DNA of 24,476 bases from Octopus sinensis (lineage: Eukaryota). This document shows positions 20,430-24,476 of the stretch, one piece after another (the first letter of the stretch is position 1; each line of letters starts with the position of its first letter). The stretch spans positions 1-24,476 of the forward strand of contig NW_021836536.1 in NCBI RefSeq assembly GCF_006345805.1, read 5' to 3'. Both the position numbers and the translations under genes were made by a program. The notes beneath the pieces were generated by a model. It searched no databases, was not told the DNA's origin, and was given only the letters and a program-made list of their open reading frames with translations.

Positions 20430-21290
20430 ATTTTGTGGTAAACTTTCACTTAGTAATAGGATAGAGATGTTTATAGTAGGTATAATAAAATTTTGTGGTA
20501 GAATTAGCAATGATTGTAGCAGAACTGGATTTAATTGCCATATATTTAATGTTTGTATTAAAATTACTGATATTTGTGCAAGAGTTAGAAGCATTTTTTG
20601 GTAGAATTAGTGGTGTTTGTGGTAGATTTAGCGGGGTTTATGGTAGAATTAGTGCTGACTATAGTAGAATAAGTGGTGCTTGCTACAGAATTAGTTGTGT
20701 TTGAAGTAGACTTAGTAGGGTCCTTAGTACAATTAGCAGTGTTTTAAGTAGAATCAATAGTCTCTCGTAGAATTAGTTGTAATTTTTGTAGAATTTGTGG
20801 AATTTGTGGCAGAATTAATAATTTTAGTAGTAGAATTAACTAAGTTTATGGCAGAATTAGTGGAAGCATATGGTCTAGTGGTTAGAGCAGCGGACTTACG
20901 GTCGAAGGATTGCGAGTTCGAATCTCAGACCGGGCGATGTTTGTGCTTATGAGCGAAACACCTCAGCTTCACGCGGCTCCGGCAGAAGGTAATGGCTAAC
21001 TTCTGCTGACTCTTTCGCCAAAACTTTCTCTCACTCTTTCCTCCTGCATCTTGCGGCTGACCTGCGACGGACCGGCGTCCCGTCCAGGTGGGGAAGCTAT
21101 ACGCCAAGGAAACCGGGAAACCGGCCCTTATGAGCCAGGCATGGCTCGACAAGGAACAAGCAACAATATGGCAGAATTAGCAATTTTCGTAGTTGACTTA
21201 GACGTTGCTTGAGAATGAATTAGTGAGATTTGCGGTAAAAATAGAATTTATGGTAGTTATAATACCATAAGAGATCATGATGGTGAATTG
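20430..21290. repeat. Degenerate 21-bp minisatellite (consensus about TGTGGTAGAATTAGTGGTGTT), interrupted by a SINE
   Basis: The GTAGA-like anchor recurs at 20601, 20622, 20643, 20664, 20685, 20706, 20727 and 20748 (exact 21-bp period). Decayed units extend on both sides. Confidence 0.85.
20861..21166 (+). mobile_element. tRNA-derived SINE family D, full length with 14-bp TSD
   Basis: A-box TGGTCTAGTGG 20871-20881, B-box GAGTTCGAATC 20914-20924, CAA-type tail. TSD TATGGCAGAATTAG at 20847-20860 and 21167-21180. The 3' region is shared with family C. Confidence 0.93.
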
Positions 21291-21349
21291 GCTTTCATTG
21301 CAGAAGTGCTAGAAGCATGGAAAATCACCGCGTATATAAATTTAGGTAG

Positions 21350-21745
21350 TGACCAATTGCAATGATCAGAATCACATCATCTTTTCCGGCCCCAGCATTT
21401 TGGTTTCACGGATCAAACTTATTACGAAAGTGAGATATAGTATAAAGTCACTGCGACAGAGTTGTGCTGCAGAGAATTGCCAAGTTCTCAGTCCAACAGA
21501 ATCAGGCTTTTATAAGGTGTCCTTCCACCAAGTACTGCTTTCACCCGCTAGTGATAGGAAAAACCACTGGGTGTTTTTTTTTGGAGAATCTGACAGAAGG
21601 TGTCAAAAGAGGAAGACAGGCCAAAAAGCAGGACTCTTACTTAGATCCAGCTGTGTTCCAATTCTTGTCTCCTCGTTGTCGGCGGTCTTTGAGATCAAAA
21701 CAGGTTTATTCAGTCACCTTAGAACAAAAATAAGAATTTAATGGA
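21350..21745 (+). mobile_element. RTE/RTEX-like LINE 3' fragment (decayed)
   Basis: Across a frameshift it reads ...ENLTEGVKRGRQAKKQ...PRCRRSLRSK/TGLFSHLRT, similar to the RTE-type C-terminal C-x2-C-x-R...GL-x-SH-x-R-T motif. Confidence 0.7.
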
Positions 21746-21773
21746 ATCAAATTCTCGACGTTAAGAGGTAGCT

Positions 21774-22372
21774 GTGGCGACGACGATGATGATGGTGATG
21801 ATGATGATGATGATGATGATGTTGATGATGATGATGACGATGAAGATAACGCAGATGCTGCTACCAAAGTTGAGGATTGTGGTGTTGGTGATGGTGATGA
21901 TGGTAATAGGGGATTTGATGGGAGTGGTAGGGGTGGTGATAGGTTGCAGCTTTAGAGAAAGTTATACCGAGGACGGTGGTTAAGGGTTTAGGGACGCGCT
22001 TTGTTCTAGGAGTGATGGTGATGGTGATGATGATGGTGATGGTGGAGATGCTGATGCTGGTGTTACTGGTGATGGTAGTAGTGATGGAATCATGGTAGTG
22101 ATGATGATAGTAGTGGTGGTGGTTGTGGTGGCAGTGGTGGTGGTATTGATGGCGGTGGTGGTGGTGGTGGTGGTGGTGGTGTGGTGTTGATTGTGGTTGT
22201 TATAGGTGCGAAAAGTGGAAGTGAAGTATTTATTGAATAAGCAAAGCAAAGACAGCTGGTGAGGTGGCGGTGCCGGTGGTGGTAGCGGTGGTGGCAGTAG
22301 GTAGGGTAGTGGGAGCTGGTGACGATGGTGGCGGTGGTGGTGGTGGTTGTGGTGATGGTGGTGGTGATGTTT
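21774..22372. repeat. (GAT)n/(GGT)n degenerate trinucleotide low complexity
   Basis: Direct inspection. Confidence 0.9.
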
Positions 22373-22524
22373 AGTCATTGAGTGGGAGGATACGTGGCGC
22401 AGGTAAGATGAACCGAGACAGGAAAATGAGCGCGAGAGGTCAGGGTGTTCAGAAACGACCAGACTCTGAAATGACCTTCTAAAAATATAGGACGTGTTAG
22501 TGCATGTCAATCACTATGAATAAT

Positions 22525-22980
22525 GGGTGGGACGTGTGTGGGAGATTGGGGGTGGGTGGGTGGTTGGGTGGGATGGGAGAAAGAGGGAGGGAGTGAGAGA
22601 GTGTGTGAGAGAATGAGAGAATCAGAGATGAGGGGTAGGGAGTGTTTGGAAAGAGTATAATGTTGACACAAGAGTAAAGGAGGTGGGGTGGGGCTTATAG
22701 GAAATGTTTTGACCATGATGATGATGATGATGATAACGACGATGATTGGGAGGGAGAGGAGGAGGAGGAGGTGATGATGATGAAGAGGGGGTGATGATGA
22801 TGAGGAGGAGGTGATGATGATGAGGAGGAGGTGAAGAGGAAGTGGAGGTGAGGAGAAGGAGGAGGACTCGGTGGAGAAGAGTAGTGATAGCCATGAAGAC
22901 GACGACAAACGATGAAGATGATTATGATCATGATGATGATAATGATAGCGATGATGAAGATGGCGATGATGATGATAGTT
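22525..22980. repeat. G-rich/(GA)n and (GAT/GAG)n low complexity
   Basis: Direct inspection. Confidence 0.85.
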
Positions 22981-23014
22981 ACGCATAGTTATATATATTT
23001 ACGCCAAATAACGA

Positions 23015-23112
23015 TCCTTTCTACTGTAAGCTCATGGCCTGAAATTATGGGATTACATCGACTCCAGTACTCATCTGATACTTATCTGATCGACTCCGAA
23101 AGGATGATGATG

Positions 23113-23147
<35 letters not shown>

Positions 23148-23270
23148 CCTTTCTACTGTGGGCACAAGGCCTGAAAATTTAGGGGATCGGGTTGGTCGAT
23201 TACAACGACCTCAGTACTCAACCGGTACTTTTTAACGACTCCGAAAGGATGAAAGCCAGCTCGCCGCCTC
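23015..23270 (-). mobile_element. Two tandem truncated family B copies with CCTTTCTACT..GGCCTGAAA tail and (ATT)n
   Basis: CCTTTCTACTGT..GGCCTGAAA..CGAC..CAGTACTCA..TCGACTCCGAAAGGATG occurs twice (about 23015-23105 and 23147-23270). The second jumps directly to the head CCAGCTCGCCGCCT. Confidence 0.75.
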
Positions 23271-23273
23271 AAA

Positions 23274-23305
<32 letters not shown>

Positions 23306-23328
23306 ATAATAATAATAATAATAATAAC

Positions 23329-23530
23329 ATCGAAAACTACCTTAGGGATGAGAGAACCCAGGTTCGAAATTTCCTCAAGACACCTAATGAAAGCTGTAGG
23401 GTAAATCAGCCGAAACGTTGTGTTAACTACAAACAAGATGAGGACAAATATCCATCAAATGTAAATAATGCAAATAATGTAAATAATGTACATAATGTAC
23501 ATAATTTCTCATCTCTTAAATATAGAACTG
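23329..23530 (+). mobile_element. Penelope-like terminal repeat containing a hammerhead-like motif and 9-bp AATAATGTA repeats
   Basis: It carries the hammerhead-type core at 23379-23424. Family assignment is inferred from the known association of PLEs with minimal hammerheads. Confidence 0.55.
23379..23424 (+). ncRNA. Minimal hammerhead-ribozyme-like motif with G5A core mutation
   Basis: GACAC-CTAATGA-A-AGCTG-(10-nt loop)-CAGCC-GAAAC-GT-T-GTGTT. Stem I is GACAC/GUGUU, stem II is GCUG/CAGC, and stem III is the palindrome AACGUU. Confidence 0.6.
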
Positions 23531-23555
23531 AGAAATAATTATGATAATAATAATT

Positions 23556-23964
23556 CTTTCCACTATATGCAAAAAACTTGAAATTTGTGGGGAGGGACTA
23601 AATCGATTTCATCGACCCCAGTGTTCAACTTGTATTTATTGCATCGACTCTGAAAGTATAAGAGGCAAAGTCGACCTCGGCGGGATTTGAACTCAGAACG
23701 TAAAGACGGACGAAATACCTATTTCTATTTCTTTACTACCAGCAAGGGGCTAAACACAGAGAGGACAAACAAGGACAGACAAACAGGAATAAGTCGATTA
23801 TATCAACCCCAGTGCGTAACTGGTACTTAATTTATCTATTTCTCTACTACCCACAAGGGGCTAAACACAGAGGGGAAAACAAGGACAGACAAACGGAATA
23901 AGTCGATTATATCGACCCCAATGCGTAACTGGTACTTAATTTATCGACCCCGAAAGGATGAAAG
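23556..23964 (-). mobile_element. Tandem array of truncated family B units
   Basis: Core plus alternative tail (23556-23719), then two copies of the CTATTTC..ACTACC..AAGGGGCTAAACACAGAG...GTGCGTAACTGGTACTTAATTTATC module. Confidence 0.88.
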
Positions 23965-24043
23965 TTCATTTCACGTTAGTTCCTTTGGATTGATTCCAGA
24001 TTTTCATGCATGGAGGAATAGTCTATAGAAAAAAAGTATCAGC

Positions 24044-24158
24044 CAGGGCAGTGGATTAACGGATATCTCAGAACATCAGAACAGATACCTTGAAATATTT
24101 GTTCTAGACACATTGCATTTTGAGTTCAGATCCTACCGTACTTTACTTGAATAATAAG
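24044..24158 (+). mobile_element. Short interspersed repeat, family F
   Basis: Aligns with the reverse complement of 1155-1266. Confidence 0.65.
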
Positions 24159-24270
24159 CTTAATCTGTTGTTCAATTTAATACAATCGGCTGGTGTTCTG
24201 CGCTCTTGTAGCAAAATCCAGACTATTGCAAACATTCGGGTTTTGTCTCTAGTTTGTCATAAACTTCCTT

Positions 24271-24476
24271 GAAAAAACATGACTTAGTGGTTAGGAGTAT
24301 TTGGCTCATGATCGTGAGGTCCTGAGTTCGATTCTCGGTGGCTTGTTGTGGTCTTGAGCAAGATACTTTATTTCACGTTTTTCCAGCCCACTCAACTGGC
24401 AAAATTAATTATATCTGTATTTCAAAGGGCCAGCCTTGTCATATTCTGTGTCACGATGAATCTCCCTCAGAATTAC
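24271..24476 (+). mobile_element. tRNA-derived SINE family E (runs off the window end)
   Basis: A-box-like TGACTTAGTGG, B-box GAGTTCGATTC, body shared with 11670-11926. Confidence 0.82.

Noticed and set aside
20861-20935. tRNA gene
   Set aside because: The tRNA-like head continues into a SINE body with tail and TSD, and there is no proper acceptor stem.

Overview
This is about 24.5 kb of AT-rich, non-coding eukaryotic DNA made almost entirely of transposon debris and microsatellites. The SINE and microsatellite repertoire looks like an octopus genome (inferred from recalled families, not a database search). I find no intact host protein-coding gene, and most supplied ORFs are translated microsatellites. 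Main contents: (1) a 5'-truncated, decayed Ty3/Gypsy LTR retrotransposon on the minus strand (2185-4348) with its 3' LTR and PPT. RNase H is deleted, and about 385 bp of Helitron Pif1-helicase coding sequence replaces part of the integrase. (2) A 246-bp, ungapped, 96%-identical inverted duplication (4391-4636 / 10170-10415) bracketing 5.5 kb, the geometry expected of a staggered-break inversion. (3) A head-to-tail trimer of a ~515-bp non-autonomous Helitron (17328-18869) with identical aberrant internal junctions and a mosaic middle unit. (4) Minimal hammerhead-ribozyme-like motifs of the Penelope type, each with core mutations. (5) At least six tRNA-derived SINE families (labelled A-F here), some with TSDs and some in tandem arrays. 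(6) RTE-LINE 3' fragments and a 21-bp minisatellite.
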